Below the pieces are notes generated by a model. The model had not been told where the DNA came from and ran no database searches. It saw only the letters and a list, made by a program, of their open reading frames with translations. The position numbers and the translations under genes are program-made. DNA of 64,000 nucleotides from Phyllobates terribilis. Taxonomy: Eukaryota. Shown piece after piece: positions 11,101 through 41,884 of the stretch (position 1 is the first letter of the stretch; each line of letters starts with the position of its first letter). Location of the stretch: the NCBI RefSeq assembly GCF_046119375.1, contig NW_027362767.1, forward strand, positions 257,300,001 through 257,364,000, in the 5' to 3' direction.

Positions 11101-14100
11101 TTTTCGATTGTTTGGGACATCTGGAAAACAGCTTATTCGGAGAAGAAGAGGTGAGCGCTACCACCAGTCTTGTCTCATGCCAACTGTAAAGCATCCTGAA
11201 ACCATTCATGTGTGGGGTTGCTTCTCAGCCAAGGGAATCGGCTCACTCACAGTCTTGCCTAAAAACACAGCCATGAATAAAGAATGGTACCAGAATGTCC
11301 TCCAAGAGCAACTTCTCCCAACCGTCCAAGAGCAGTTTGGCGCCCAACAATGCCTTTTCCAGCATGATGGAGCACCTTGCCATAAAGCAAAGGTGATAAC
11401 TAAATGGCTCATGGAACAAAACAGAGATTTTGGATCCATGGCCTGGAAACTCCCCAGATCTTAATCCCATTGAGAACTTGTGGTCAATCATCAAGAGACG
11501 GGTGGACAAACAAAAACCAACAAATTCTGGCAAAATGCAAGCATTGATTATGCAAGAATGGACTGCTATCAGTCAGGATTTGGTCCAAAAGTTGATTGAG
11601 AATTACAGAGGTCTTGAAGAAGAAGGGGCAACACTGCAAATATTGACTTGCTGCATTAACTCATTCTAACTGTCAATATAACCTATTGGTACTCATAATA
11701 TGATTGCAATTATATTTCTGTATGTGATATAAACATCAGACAAACACTAATAAAAACCAGAGGCCAGCAGATCATGTGAAAATATAATTTTGGTGCCATT
11801 CTCAAAACTTTTGGCCATGACTGTAACGTATGCACAGTGTCTCTGTAGCGGCGGCGTCTCTGCCCCCTGCCAGGTAGAGACGCCGTCCCCCTTACCACCG
11901 CGGTCCTGCTCCGGCGTCGTCCCGCCTCCCTGCTGTTGGTGCGCGCAGCTTCCCCGGCACTGTGCTTAGGGCGCACGCGCGCTCCCTCCCTCTTAAAGGG
12001 GCCGCGCGCGCCGTCCTAAAAAGTCCCCGGCCAATGGCCGGAGGACTTTCTCTATGAAAGGCACCTCCTCCAATATGGAGGTGCCCGTGCAAGGTTGTTG
12101 CTCTGTGATACTTACTTTGCTTCAGCCCTCAGGTCCTCTGCAAGTCAGTCCTGTCCGCCAGTCTGCCTACAGTCCAGTCCGCCAGTCGGTCTATGGTCTC
12201 TGCCCGCCTGCTTACCTGGAAGCACCTGCCTGTTACCTGCCGTGCCCACCTGCCTGCTTACCTTGAAGCACCTGCCTGTTACCTGTTGTGCCCACCAGCT
12301 TGCCTACCCGGAGCACCTGTCTGGCTATCAGCCGAATCAGCCAGCCTGACTACCTGGACCACCAGTCAGCCTGCCTGCCGTGCTCTTCCGCTGTACTGGT
12401 CAGTTCCTGCCTTCTGACCCGTCGGAGTCACCTGCTCTCATACAAGGTCGGTCCCAGAGTGGCACCTGGTCCCTCTGCTCGGTCCCTCCCTGGTTCACGG
12501 AGTCAACTGAGCCGCCGTGCAACCTTGGTCAGGCCGAGTAGATACTTAGTCACGCCCCTCTGGTCCCTCCTTGCACCACAGCACAGAGGTTCCATCACCC
12601 AGATCCGTAACAGTCTCCACCAGCAGAATAGTGAGTGCAGCTCTGGAGTACAATACAGGATGTAACTCAGGATCAGTGCAGGATCAGTAATGTAATGTAT
12701 GTACACAGTGATTGCACCAGCAGAATAGTGAGTGCAGCTCTGGAGTATAATACAGGATATAACTCAGGATCAGTACAGGATAAGTAATGTATGTACACAG
12801 TGACTGCACCAGCAGAATAGTGAGTGCAGCTCTGGAGTACAATACAGGATGTAACTCAGGATCAGTGCAGGATCAGTAATGTATGTACACAGTGACTGCA
12901 CCAGCAGAATAGTGAGTGCAGCTCTGGGGTATAATACAGGATGTAGCTCAGGATAAGTAATGCAAGTATACTGACTGCAGCTCTGGCATACCTTGGAGCA
13001 TCAGAATAAGCACTTGGATCCATGGGATCGATCTCTTCTTCTTTTCTCCCTATGAAAAGAGAAACTATGGTTATTCTACCTACTCTTCTAGCAGAGAACC
13101 TGTTTACAATCTGTTGGTGAGGCACCTTTTTTGGGTTTCTGATATGGAGCAATTTCTTCTCTTCGGATATGTCTCCTCTCCTTGATCTCTTCCCTCTCTG
13201 GCCTTTCTGGCTTCTCCGGCCGCTCCTCTGAGTCTGAAAAGTGTAATTCGTCTATGAATATTAAGAGAATATAACAGGAAAAAAGCTACAAATTGTTGTT
13301 ACCTTTCTGTTTAGAAGGGCATTTAGTGAGGATAGCATTGGGGTCATGTGGGGATAACCAGGACACCATATCTGTCTCCACATTCCAGTAATACGGGAGA
13401 CCACTGTGCAGAAGGGGGGAAAAATACAAAATAATTCACATCTCCTGTCACAGGTTAAGAAGACCCTGATATAACTGATACCAAGACCATCACCAGCCAC
13501 AATCCACACATCAGCACCGAGATCACCATCATCATCCCATGTGATGTATGCATGATAAGGACCACTATGGTGTATAGACTAACCATCATTACAGAGATCA
13601 CCGGTATCACTAGCTCTCCGTGATCACCATTATCCCAGGTACTGACCCTCCATCTTACTAGACCCTGCCCTATGGTTCTCCCTCATCACTAAACATGACC
13701 TCAGCCATGTCCACTGTCACCATATATACATCACTTTGGAGATCATGATCATCACAAGATACTGCTTATATATCTACCTGGTCAAAACTAGACCAAAAGC
13801 ATCCCCCACCAGCGACTCCGCGCCCCCCCCCCCACCTACCTGTGTACATAACAGACGTACAGAGCAGAGCTGTCATTGACCACAGATGCCAACACATGTA
13901 GCTGCCCTTACATAGTCACTTGGCATCCATGTACAGAGCCTGTTCAGTTGCAGATCCTCACCATATCAGGTCATACACCTTGTACCAGTTAGGAGGGAGA
14001 TTCTCTATCCGCGTAGCCTCGTAGTCCACGTTGTCATCATCATAGTCTTCAGCAATGACCTCCTCTGCCGCCTCTGGGGAAGCACATATAGAAGACGTCA

Positions 14101-14545
14101 GTGCCGATTAGCTAAACAATGTTAAAAATACAATTTATTCACCATTTTTAAGATGTCTGTCTGCTGTCAGTGAATGGTAACATTCAGAGCCAAAATGTCC
14201 AGCTGACTCAGAGGCCGTAACGAGTGCATCAGAGCACTCTGGTTACTACCTCTGCACCTGGGTGTGATCAGGAGAGGTTTGCAGGTCACAAATGTTTCCA
14301 TTCACATGCAGCACGCAGAGATCTAGAAACGGTGGCATATTAGAGAGTCACAGAACTTTTCATTTCACTCTCAGTACCCTCGAGTTATAAGGAATGAGAG
14401 AGGTAGCGGTCCTCCGGGTCTCAGCAGCGGGTCACCAGTGTGTGGTGTAGGCTGTGCTCTCAGGGCGCCACAACTTACCAGCTTCCACGTGTTTCAGGAT
14501 CCCTCTTTTTGCCAATCGAGCTTGAAGGGCCAAAGGCAGCGGCAT
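8196..14545 (-). CDS. PQBP1: Polyglutamine-binding protein 1, 200 aa. Coding exons 14545-14479, 14073-13962, 13403-13303, 13233-13126, 13049-12992, 8352-8196; non-coding exon 1 ends at 15394, exon 2 acceptor at 14560
   Basis: The spliced product reads [21 protein letters not shown]..., WW domain [87 protein letters not shown]. All introns are GT-AG with compatible phases and the CDS totals 603 nt. Confidence 0.97.
9254..10054. mobile_element. Harbinger/PIF-type MITE, related to 51847-52692
   Basis: TIRs GGCTGCGTGCCCAC...GTGGGCACATAACC with TTA/TAA flanks. Internal blocks are shared with the 51.8-kb copy (gcagcatgtcaattaattttgcg, aatgtgcggatggtaccc). Confidence 0.8.
10270..11823 (+). mobile_element. 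Full-length Tc1 with frameshifted DD34E transposase (10646 to about 11650)
   Basis: TA|cagtcatggccaaaag...cttttggccatgactg|TA. Motifs FSDES, FQHDGAP and [11 protein letters not shown] are present, with a frameshift before WPGNSPDL. Confidence 0.95.
11844..12612. mobile_element. Solo LTR, 769 bp
   Basis: Termini TGTAGCGG...CCGTAACA, flanked by a 5-bp direct repeat GTCTC (11839-11843 and 12613-12617) inside a minisatellite unit. Confidence 0.8.
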
Positions 14546-14699
14546 CACGAGTCACCAACCTGCAGATGTAGACACTGGTGAGCGGTGCCAGCCCCAAAAT
14601 GTGCCCCGACCCCACACTGCTGTATAATACCACTGCTCCTGAAGGCACCAGGGTGTGGGGACCCTCCGCACCCCTTTAGCTCCACCACTGCCCCACACT

Positions 14700-15310
14700 C
14701 TGCTGGTACCTGTGGTATCCCAGACTACACTCTGCACTGTGCTGGTACCTGTGGTACCCCAGACTACACTCTGCACTGTGCTGGTACCTGTGGTACCCCA
14801 GACTACACTCTGCACTGTGCTGGTACCTGTGGTACCCCAGACTACATTCTGCACTGTGCTGGTACCTGTGGTACCCCAGACTACACTCTGCTGGTACCTG
14901 TGGTACCCCAGACTACACTCTGTACTGTGCTGGTACCTGTGGTACCCCAGACTACACTCTGCACTGTGCTGGTACCTGTGGTACCCCAGACTACACTCTG
15001 CACTGTGCTGGTACCTGTGGTACCCCAGACTACACTCTGCTGGTACCTGTGGTACCCCAGACTACACTCTGCTGGTACCTGTGGTACCCCAGACTACACT
15101 CTGTACTGTGCTGGTACCTGTGGTACCCCAGACTACACTCTGCACTGTGCTGGTACCTGTGTTACCCCAGACTACACTCTGCACTGTGCTGGTACCTGTG
15201 GTACCCCAGACTACACTCTGCACTGTGCTGGTACCTGTGGTACCCCAGACTGCACTGTGTTGGTACCTGTGGTACCCTAGACTGCACTGTGCTGGTACCT
15301 GTGGTACTCC
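14700..15310. repeat. 39-bp minisatellite (32-bp variant) in PQBP1 intron 1
   Basis: Unit ctggtacctgtggtaccccagactacactctgcactgtg. Confidence 0.95.
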
Positions 15311-15393
15311 ATACTGGTAGGTAAAGCTGATACTTGCACCAGTTAGAAAGACATGAACCCTCCCAGAATAAAGCTGAGCGTAAATATACTAAC

Positions 15394-15609
15394 CCAGCTC
15401 TGCGTGCACCGCCGCTTTTTGCTTCGTCTTCCCCTCCTGTTTGTGGAGGTCGCGGGCTGATGGCGTCACTGACACGCAAGGTTCTGCGTTCCACGTCTCG
15501 ATTCCGGCTCGTTGACCAATCCCTGTTGCCCATAGGAAGTGCTTTGTTTTCCCACGTGATCTAATGCGGTTAAAGCGGCCGACGTCACTTCCACTGCTGG
15601 CCCCAAAGA
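15394..15609. promoter_or_regulatory. Bidirectional promoter and 5' exons of PQBP1 and TIMM17B
   Basis: CpG-rich. Minus-strand donor GG|GTTAGT at 15393, CCAAT at about 15516, ETS-like GGAAGT/ACTTCC, and CACGTG at about 15553. The head-to-head arrangement is also seen in human. Confidence 0.75.
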
Positions 15610-27015
<11,406 letters not shown>

Positions 27016-27429
27016 CGCCGGAGACCGCCAGCCGCTCAGGCTTTGTATTTCAATGGTGGTGATGTTGAAGACTTGCGACACAGGTTGAGGAAGAATATGG
27101 GATTTGTATAAGCGAAGCGTTCTTATCCTTCTGTATAGAAATAAACAGTGTTTATTGTATAATGTGTGACCTGCAGCGTGTGTATGATCGCCCCCCGCGT
27201 GCAGGAGAATGGGGGTGTTATGGCATGTTTTCTGATGGACACATTAATTATGTTTATTTTCATTTGTCCAATAAGAATCCCTCCTACAATCCCCATGCCA
27301 CAGTCTTCATTACAGGGCAACGAAGGAAAAATGTTTCTAGAAACAGACACTTTTTTACTTGGACGTCGCATTCGGTCGTTTCTTCAGTTTTCAGTAGCGA
27401 GGGTGAATCTAAAAAGACAAAGCAGACGA

Positions 27430-27512
27430 TGCTGTATATAACAGGATGGCACTACTGTATGTGACTTGTATGCTGTATGTAACTGGATGGTACTGCTATA
27501 TATGGCTTATAT
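27430..27512. repeat. Detached two-unit piece of the 41-bp minisatellite, left of the CR1
   Basis: atgctgtatgtaactggatggtactgctatatatggcttatat runs directly into the CR1 tail. Confidence 0.85.
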
Positions 27513-29943
27513 AGTAACATAGTTTTTAAGGTTGAAGGAAGACTAAAGGCCCCGTCACACTTAGCGACGCTGCAACGATCCCGACAACGATACGACCTGT
27601 CAGGGATCGTTGCTGCGTCGTTATGTGGTCGCTGGTGAGCTGTCAAACAGGCAGGCTCACCAACGATCAGGGGAGCAGCGACATCGTGGAAAGAATCTTT
27701 CCACGATGTCCTGCTCCTGGTTACCAGCCTGCTGAAGCAGGAGCAGGCTGGTAACTATGGTAAACATCGGGTTACTAGGGGCACACGCGCTCCTAGTAAC
27801 CCGTTGTTTATCATGGTTACCACTCTGCTACAGTGAGCGGGAGGTTACCGCTCACTTTAGCAGGCTCGTAACCATGATAAACAACGGGTTACTAAGTGCG
27901 CGTGTGCCCCTAGTAACCCGATGTTTACCATAGTTACCAGCCTGATCGCTGCTCCCGCTGGTCACACACAGCGATGTGTGCTGACCAGCGGGAGGGCAAC
28001 GACCAAAAAATGGTCCAGGACACTTTGCAGCGATCAGCGACCTCACAGCAGGGGCCTGATCGCTGCAAAGTGTCACACATAGCGACATCGCTGGTGAGGT
28101 CGCTGTTGCGTCCCCAAAACCGTGACACAGCAGCGATCTCACTAGCGATCTCGCTATGTGAGACGGGGGCTTAAGTCCACCTAGTTCAACCCATAGCCTA
28201 ACATGTTGATCCAGAGGAAGGCAAAAAAAAAAACATGTGGCAAACACTAAGCTCCACATTGGGGAAAAAAATTCCTTCCCGACTCCATACGACAATCAGA
28301 CTAGTTCCCTGGATCAAGGCCCTATCAAGGAATCTAGTATATATAACCTGTAATATTATACTTTTCAAGAAAGGCATCCAGGCCCTTCTTAAATGTTAGT
28401 AGTGAATCACTCATTACAACATCATGCGGCAGAGAGCTCCATAGTCTCACTGCTCTTACAGTAAAGAATCCCCGTCTGTGATTATGATTAAACCTTCTTT
28501 CCTCCAGACGTAGAAGATGCCCCCTTGTCCCCGTCTCAGGCCTCAGAGTCAAAAGATCAGTAGAAAGGTCTTTGTACTGTCTCCTCATATACTTGTACAT
28601 AGTAATAAGATCACCCCTAAGCCTGTGTTTTTCCAACGTAAATAACCCCAAGTGTAATAACCTGTCTTGGTATTGCAGACACCCAGTCCTCTAATAACCT
28701 TGGTCGCTCTTCTCTACACCCGCTCTATGTCTTTCTTATACACCGGAGACCAGAACTGTACACAGTATTCTAAGTGTGGTCGCACTAGTGACTTGTATAG
28801 AGGTAAAATTATGTTCTCCTCATGAGCATCTATGCCTCTTTTAATGCATCCCATTATTTTATTTGCCCTTGTAGCAGCAGCCTGACACTGGCCACCAAAC
28901 GTGAGATTGTCATCCACCAATACACCCAGGTCATTTTCAGTTACAGTTTTGCCCAGTGTTTTACAATTAAGCATATAATTATACATTTTATTTCCTCTGC
29001 CCAAGTGCATTACCTTACAATTATCCCCATTAAAGCTCATTTGCCATTTATCAGCCCAAGCTTCTAGTTTACATAGATCCTCCTGTAATATAAATTTGTC
29101 CTCCTCTGTATTGATTACCCTGCTGAGTTTAGTGTCATCTGTAAATATTGAAATATTACTCTGTATGCCCCCTACAAGGTCATTAATAAATATGTTAAAA
29201 AGAAGCAGGCCCAATACTGACCCCTGTAGTACCCCACTGTTAACTGAGACTCAGTCTGAGTGTGTTCCATTAATAACCACCCTTTGTTTCCTATCACTGA
29301 GCCAGTTCTTAACCCACATACATATATTTTCCTCTATCCCCATTGTTCTCATTTTATGCATCAACCCTTTGTGTGGAACCGTATCAAAAGCTTTTGCAAA
29401 GTCCATATACACAACATCCACTGCATTTCCTTGGTCCAGTCCAGAACTTGCCTCCTCATAAAAACTGATCAGATTAGTTTGACAGGAACGGTCCCTCGTA
29501 AACCCATGTTGATATTGGGTCATGAGGTTATTCTTCTTCAGATACTCTATTATAGCATCTCTTAGGAAACCCTCCAGGATTTTACCCACAGTAGAGGTTA
29601 AGCTTACTGGCCTATAATTTCCAAGTTCAGTTTTTGTCCCCTTTTTGAATATTGGCACCACATTTGCTATACGCCAGTCCTGTGGTACAGACCCTGTTAT
29701 TATGGAATCTTTAAAGATTAAAAATAATGGTTTATCTATGACGTTACTTAATTCCTGCAGTACTCGCGGGTGTATCCCATCCGGGCCCGGGGATTTGTCA
29801 ACTTTAGTGATTTTTAGACGCCGCTGTACTTCCCGCTGGGTTAAGCAAGTGACATTTACTGGAGAATTTTTGTTATCACTGATCATGTTTTCTGTCATGC
29901 GATTCTCTTGTGTAAATACGGTTGAAAAAAAATAATTTAGCAT
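27511..29943 (-). mobile_element. 5'-truncated CR1 LINE (RT domain, frameshifted)
   Basis: SPGPDGIHPRVL, NYRPVSLTS, QHGF...RSCQTNL, YMDFAKAFDTVPH, FTDDTKL and RPHLEYCVQFWSP. The 3' hairpin ggttgaac...ttcaacct is followed by an atagtaac-type tail. Confidence 0.96.
27547..28171. mobile_element. Harbinger-type MITE inserted in the CR1 3' UTR
   Basis: TAA|aggcccgtcacac...gtgagacgggggct|TAA with internal palindromes. Confidence 0.8.
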
Positions 29944-31790
29944 ATGCTGTATATAACTGGATGGTACTGCTATATATGGCTTATATGCTGTATATAACTG
30001 GATGGTACTGCTATATATGGCTTATATGCTGTATATAACTGGATGGTACTGCTATATATGGCTTATATGCTGTATATAACTGGATGGTACTGCTATATAT
30101 GGCTTATATGCTGTATATAACTGGATGGTACTGCTATATATGGCTTATATGCTGTATATAACTGGATGGTACTGCTATGTATGGCTTATATGCTGTATGT
30201 AACTGGATGGTACTGCTATATATTGCTTATATGCTGTATGTAACTGGATGGTACTGCTATATATGGCTTATATGCTGTATATAACTGGATGGTACTGCTA
30301 TATATGGCTTATATGCTGTATATAACTGGATGGTACTGCTATGTATGGCTTATATGCTGTATATAACTGGATGGTACTGCTATATATGGCTTATATGCTG
30401 TATATAACTGGATGGTACTGCTATATATGGCTTATATGCTGTATATAACTGGATGGTACTGCTATATATGGCTTATATGCTGTATATAACTGGATGGTAC
30501 TGCTATATATGGCTTATATGCTGTATATAACTGGATGGTACTGCTATGTATGGCTTATATGCTGTATATAACTGGATGGTACTGCTATGTATGGCTTATA
30601 TGCTGTATATAACTGGATGGTACTGCTATGTATGGCTTATATGCTGTATATAACTGGATGGTACTGCTATGTATGGCTTATATGCTGTATGTAACTGGAT
30701 GGTACTGCTATATATTGCTTATATGCTGTATGTAACTGGATGGTACTGCTATATATGGCTTATATGCTGTATATAACTGGATGGTACTGCTATATATGGC
30801 TTATATGCTGTATATAACTGGATGGTACTGCTATGTATGGCTTATATGCTGTATATAACTGGATGGTACTGCTATATATGGCTTATATGCTGTATATAAC
30901 TGGATGGTACTGCTATATATGGCTTATATGCTGTATATAACTGGATGGTACTGCTATATATGGCTTATATGCTGTATATAACTGGATGGTACTGCTATAT
31001 ATGGCTTATATGCTGTATATAACTGGATGGTACTGCTATATATGGCTTATATGCTGTATATAACTGGATAGTACTGCTATATATGGCTTATATGCTGTAT
31101 ATAACTGGATGGTACTGCTATGTATGGCTTATATGCTGTATATAACTGGATGGTACTGCTATGTATGGCTTATATGCTGTATATAACTGGATGGTACTGC
31201 TATGTATGGCTTATATGCTGTATATAACTGGATGGTACTGCTATGTATGGCTTATATGCTGTATATAACTGGATGGTACTGCTATGTATGGCTTATATGC
31301 TGTATATAACTGGATGGTACTGCTATGTATGGCTTATATGCTGTATATAACTGGATGGTACTGCTATGTATGGCTTATATGCTGTATATAACTGGATGGT
31401 ACTGCTATGTATGGCTTATATGCTGTATGTAACTGGATGGTACTGCTATATATGGCTTATATGCTGTATATAACTGGATGGTACTGCTATATATGGCTTA
31501 TATGCTGTATATAACTGGATGGTACGGCTATGTATGGCTTATATGCTGTATATAACTGGATGGTACTGCTATATATGGCTTATATGCTGTATATAACTGG
31601 ATGGTACTGCTATGTATGGCTTATATGCTGTATATAACTGGATGGTACTGCTATATATGGCTTATATGCTGTATATAACTGGATGGCACTGCTATATATG
31701 GCTTATATGCTGTATATAACTGGATGGTACTGCTATATATGGCTTATATGCTGTATATAACTGGATGGTAGTACTGTATATATGGCTTAT
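29942..31790. repeat. 41-bp minisatellite, about 45 copies
   Basis: Unit atatgctgtatataactggatggtactgctatatatggctt. Confidence 0.98.
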
Positions 31791-33161
31791 AGCAGCGGTG
31801 TACAGCATGTGGCCGTTGTCTGCAGCCGCAGCCTTCTGGGCACGTATACTTGTCTGTGGCTGGGGACTGCCACATGCATTTTCCATGTTAGAGAGCAATG
31901 GCGCAGGGACGGGTAAGTAATAATGCGGCGATGGGAAGCCATCTATGGGACCGACGTATAGGATTAGGGTCTCCTGACCCCTATATGGGACTTCAGAGAG
32001 ATGAGGTGGCCATGCATGGATGTTATGGGGGTATTGAAATATTTGGCTGTTTTGGCATCCTGCATAAATGACACTGGAGAGAGACCTATGCATGGTCTTT
32101 CTTTCTGTAAGTCCTTCCTGCCCCAGGATGTAATGGTACTTGATGAGGAGGGTGCCGTATGGAGCAGGCTAAGGCGCTCAGACTTCTGCTCAAGAAGGGG
32201 GTGAATAATTCTGAGACTAAGTAAAAGGGCTTTTAGTGGAGAATTTGGAAAAACCACTTGCTAGTGATGATGTGAATTGATTTGTAAGACTCGTTCCAGC
32301 CGACAAGTTCGTGTGGCCTTCCGATGGGAGCAGCTCTAAGGGCTCCTTACCTGCCGACCTGCGCGGTGCCTTTACTTAGCCGACCCAGCGTGATAGCACG
32401 TGCGTCACACAGCGTCGATGACGTACTGCCCGGCCGTCTAATCAAGAGGAGCCGCAGATACGGGAGGAGGATCGCAGGGCTCCTGTCCAGGGGCCACAGA
32501 TCACCGATGTGACCGCTGGATCGGGTCCTACGAATCGACTGCCACCAATGCCACTAGCTGTGTTCAGCAATTTACATTGTTCTTTGGTTTATTGCAAATA
32601 GCAGAAAGTTAGATAATTATAAACTGTATTTCCAATGGGGGGAATAATTTTGATTGCATCTATACATTATTCTATAGGTGAGCCTTGTAGGTCGATATCC
32701 ATGTACAGCGCTCAGATCTAGACATACACTTATGCTCTATATCTGGAGCAGATATCATGGCCACGGGTGCAGTGAATCCTATTAAAGCCTCTTTAATTCT
32801 TCTTATTTCCCTTTTATTACACCTATCTACAGGAGAACGCTGAAATGACAGAAAGAGACCTCCAGACTTCGCGCCGCATGTCGTCAATGGGATGTTAAAT
32901 AGGTGTTAATGTTTTATGTAGGTTGTTGGCGCCAAATGATCACAGCCAGGATCAGATCTCCTACCTAACATGTCTCCAAAGCCACCAGAGAATTTCCCTA
33001 GTTCATGCTATAGGCACTTCGCCTCTAATTAACCCCATACACCTCCATCAGGATAACACCGGCCCGGTTGGTACAGTAGAGGTAGGTGTTGGTAAGGCAG
33101 GAATCGGCCCCCGCAGGGGGCAGCAGTAGCCTCCTCTATTAGCATAGCATCCTGTATATTA

Positions 33162-40288
<7,127 letters not shown>

Positions 40289-40989
40289 GGAATCGGGTGT
40301 AATAACAGAGCTGGGAGGATTGCTTCTTCCTCTCCTCATCATCCGGTGAGGCTGTAATCCATCTGGGATGTGTGAGTGAGGGGGAGGAGGGCTGGGTGCC
40401 ATGTGTGATAACAGAGAGTGGGGAGTGATGAAGAGGAAGCAGTGGGGGTCCATGGTGCCCTGTATGAGAGGTGCCAGCTGGGTGTGAGGGAGGGAGGTGG
40501 ATTCTGCCCCTCACCATATCTCCACCTTTCTCATTGCACAGCCCACCATGCTTTCTCCTACTTTTCCCACTAGTGACTTTCGCCCGCTCCTTTCCATTCT
40601 CAGTTTTCCTCCAGACGTGCTGCCCACGGCTCCTCCTGTTCACTTGCTCATCCTCATTCATTTCTCACCAGTGGATGCCGTCATTTCATCTCAATACTTT
40701 CCCTGGGTTTAAACTGAAACTGGCGTCTCCAACCTGCGTCCGTAAAACAAGGGCTTTTATTATTTTTTACCTCCCAGGGGTCATTAGAAATGAGACACAG
40801 GGGTTTAAGCACAGAGCATTCGCAGCAGTGGGGCTCACCATCTAATTTTTCCTATTTTAGACCCACAAGACGTCAACTCCGCTGGGGTGACACAGCCACT
40901 GTAGCAAAGACATGAACCCCATAATAAATGCAAATGTAGCCACATTGCATCCCGCACGTCACCAGGAATCCAAACCTACCGGACGTGTG

Positions 40990-41175
40990 TTGTGGCAGCT
41001 TTACTTTGGTGCAATGTAGCAGCGACTGTGTAGCCCCAGCCTTATCCCACCCATATGTTCTTACAGCGTTCAGTGACACACATGCAAACGGGAGAAACAT
41101 ACAAACTCTACTGAGATTTTTTCCTAGGTGCAATTCCAACCCATGCGCCAGTGCTAACCACTGAGCCACCAGTGG
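40990..41175 (-). mobile_element. Degraded SINE fragment
   Basis: aacatacaaactc...gtgctaaccactgagccacc resembles the 22.8-kb SINE. Confidence 0.5.
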
Positions 41176-41884
41176 CTGAAAGCCGGCCATACAGATAAGA
41201 TCGACCGATGATGAACCATTGACCAATCACCCATAAAAACTGGACTCATTCCGTATTTCTACACTGGAAGTGAGATACACCATGAACATGATGTGTTTTC
41301 TGCATCCATTACTATGGGCCATGTCTGGTATTCATTCAGTTGTAGTACCATTAATATCCTATGCATAGGAGTGGCGCTGTGTCAGGAAAAACAGAGCTGA
41401 CCTATTGTATGTCCAATCTCCTACAACCTGTATGCATAAAAGTGCTTCTAGGAGCAAATTCCGTAACGGTCTCTTTAAATAAAAAAAGGCTCCATCATTG
41501 GTGATAACGTGTGGCAGCGTTACATGTGAATGAGGCCGGAGATGGATTGAAGAATTGCTGGAGCCTCTCGGTGCTCTAGTGCTCCCATCCTGCCCCCTCC
41601 TATTGTGCTCAGACAAGACAAACATTCCTTACTCCTTATTTTCTCTCTTCTTACTTTATCTGAATTAGGACTTGACAAGTGGGAATTTATAAAAGTGCAA
41701 TCTGCCTGCAGAACGTAAATGAGCAGCAGCAGCGTAAGGCAAATTCTCTGCACGGGATTTCTCTGGGGACAAAGACACTTCCAATGGGCAAGAAAGCTTC
41801 AGGTTGCACAGAGCAAGCTGTATCCCAACCGAGACGGAGCACAGCTTCCATCTAATATCATATATAGCAGTGTCCACAATGCCG

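Larger units (their letters stand above)
8451..12960. repeat. 92-97-bp minisatellite in the last PQBP1 intron, split by three insertions (repeat segments about 8451-9250, 10055-10269, 12613-12960)
   Basis: Unit ccaccagcagaatagtgagtgcagctctggagtataatacaggatgtaactcaggatcagtacaggataagtaatgtaatgtatgtacacagtgact. Confidence 0.95.
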
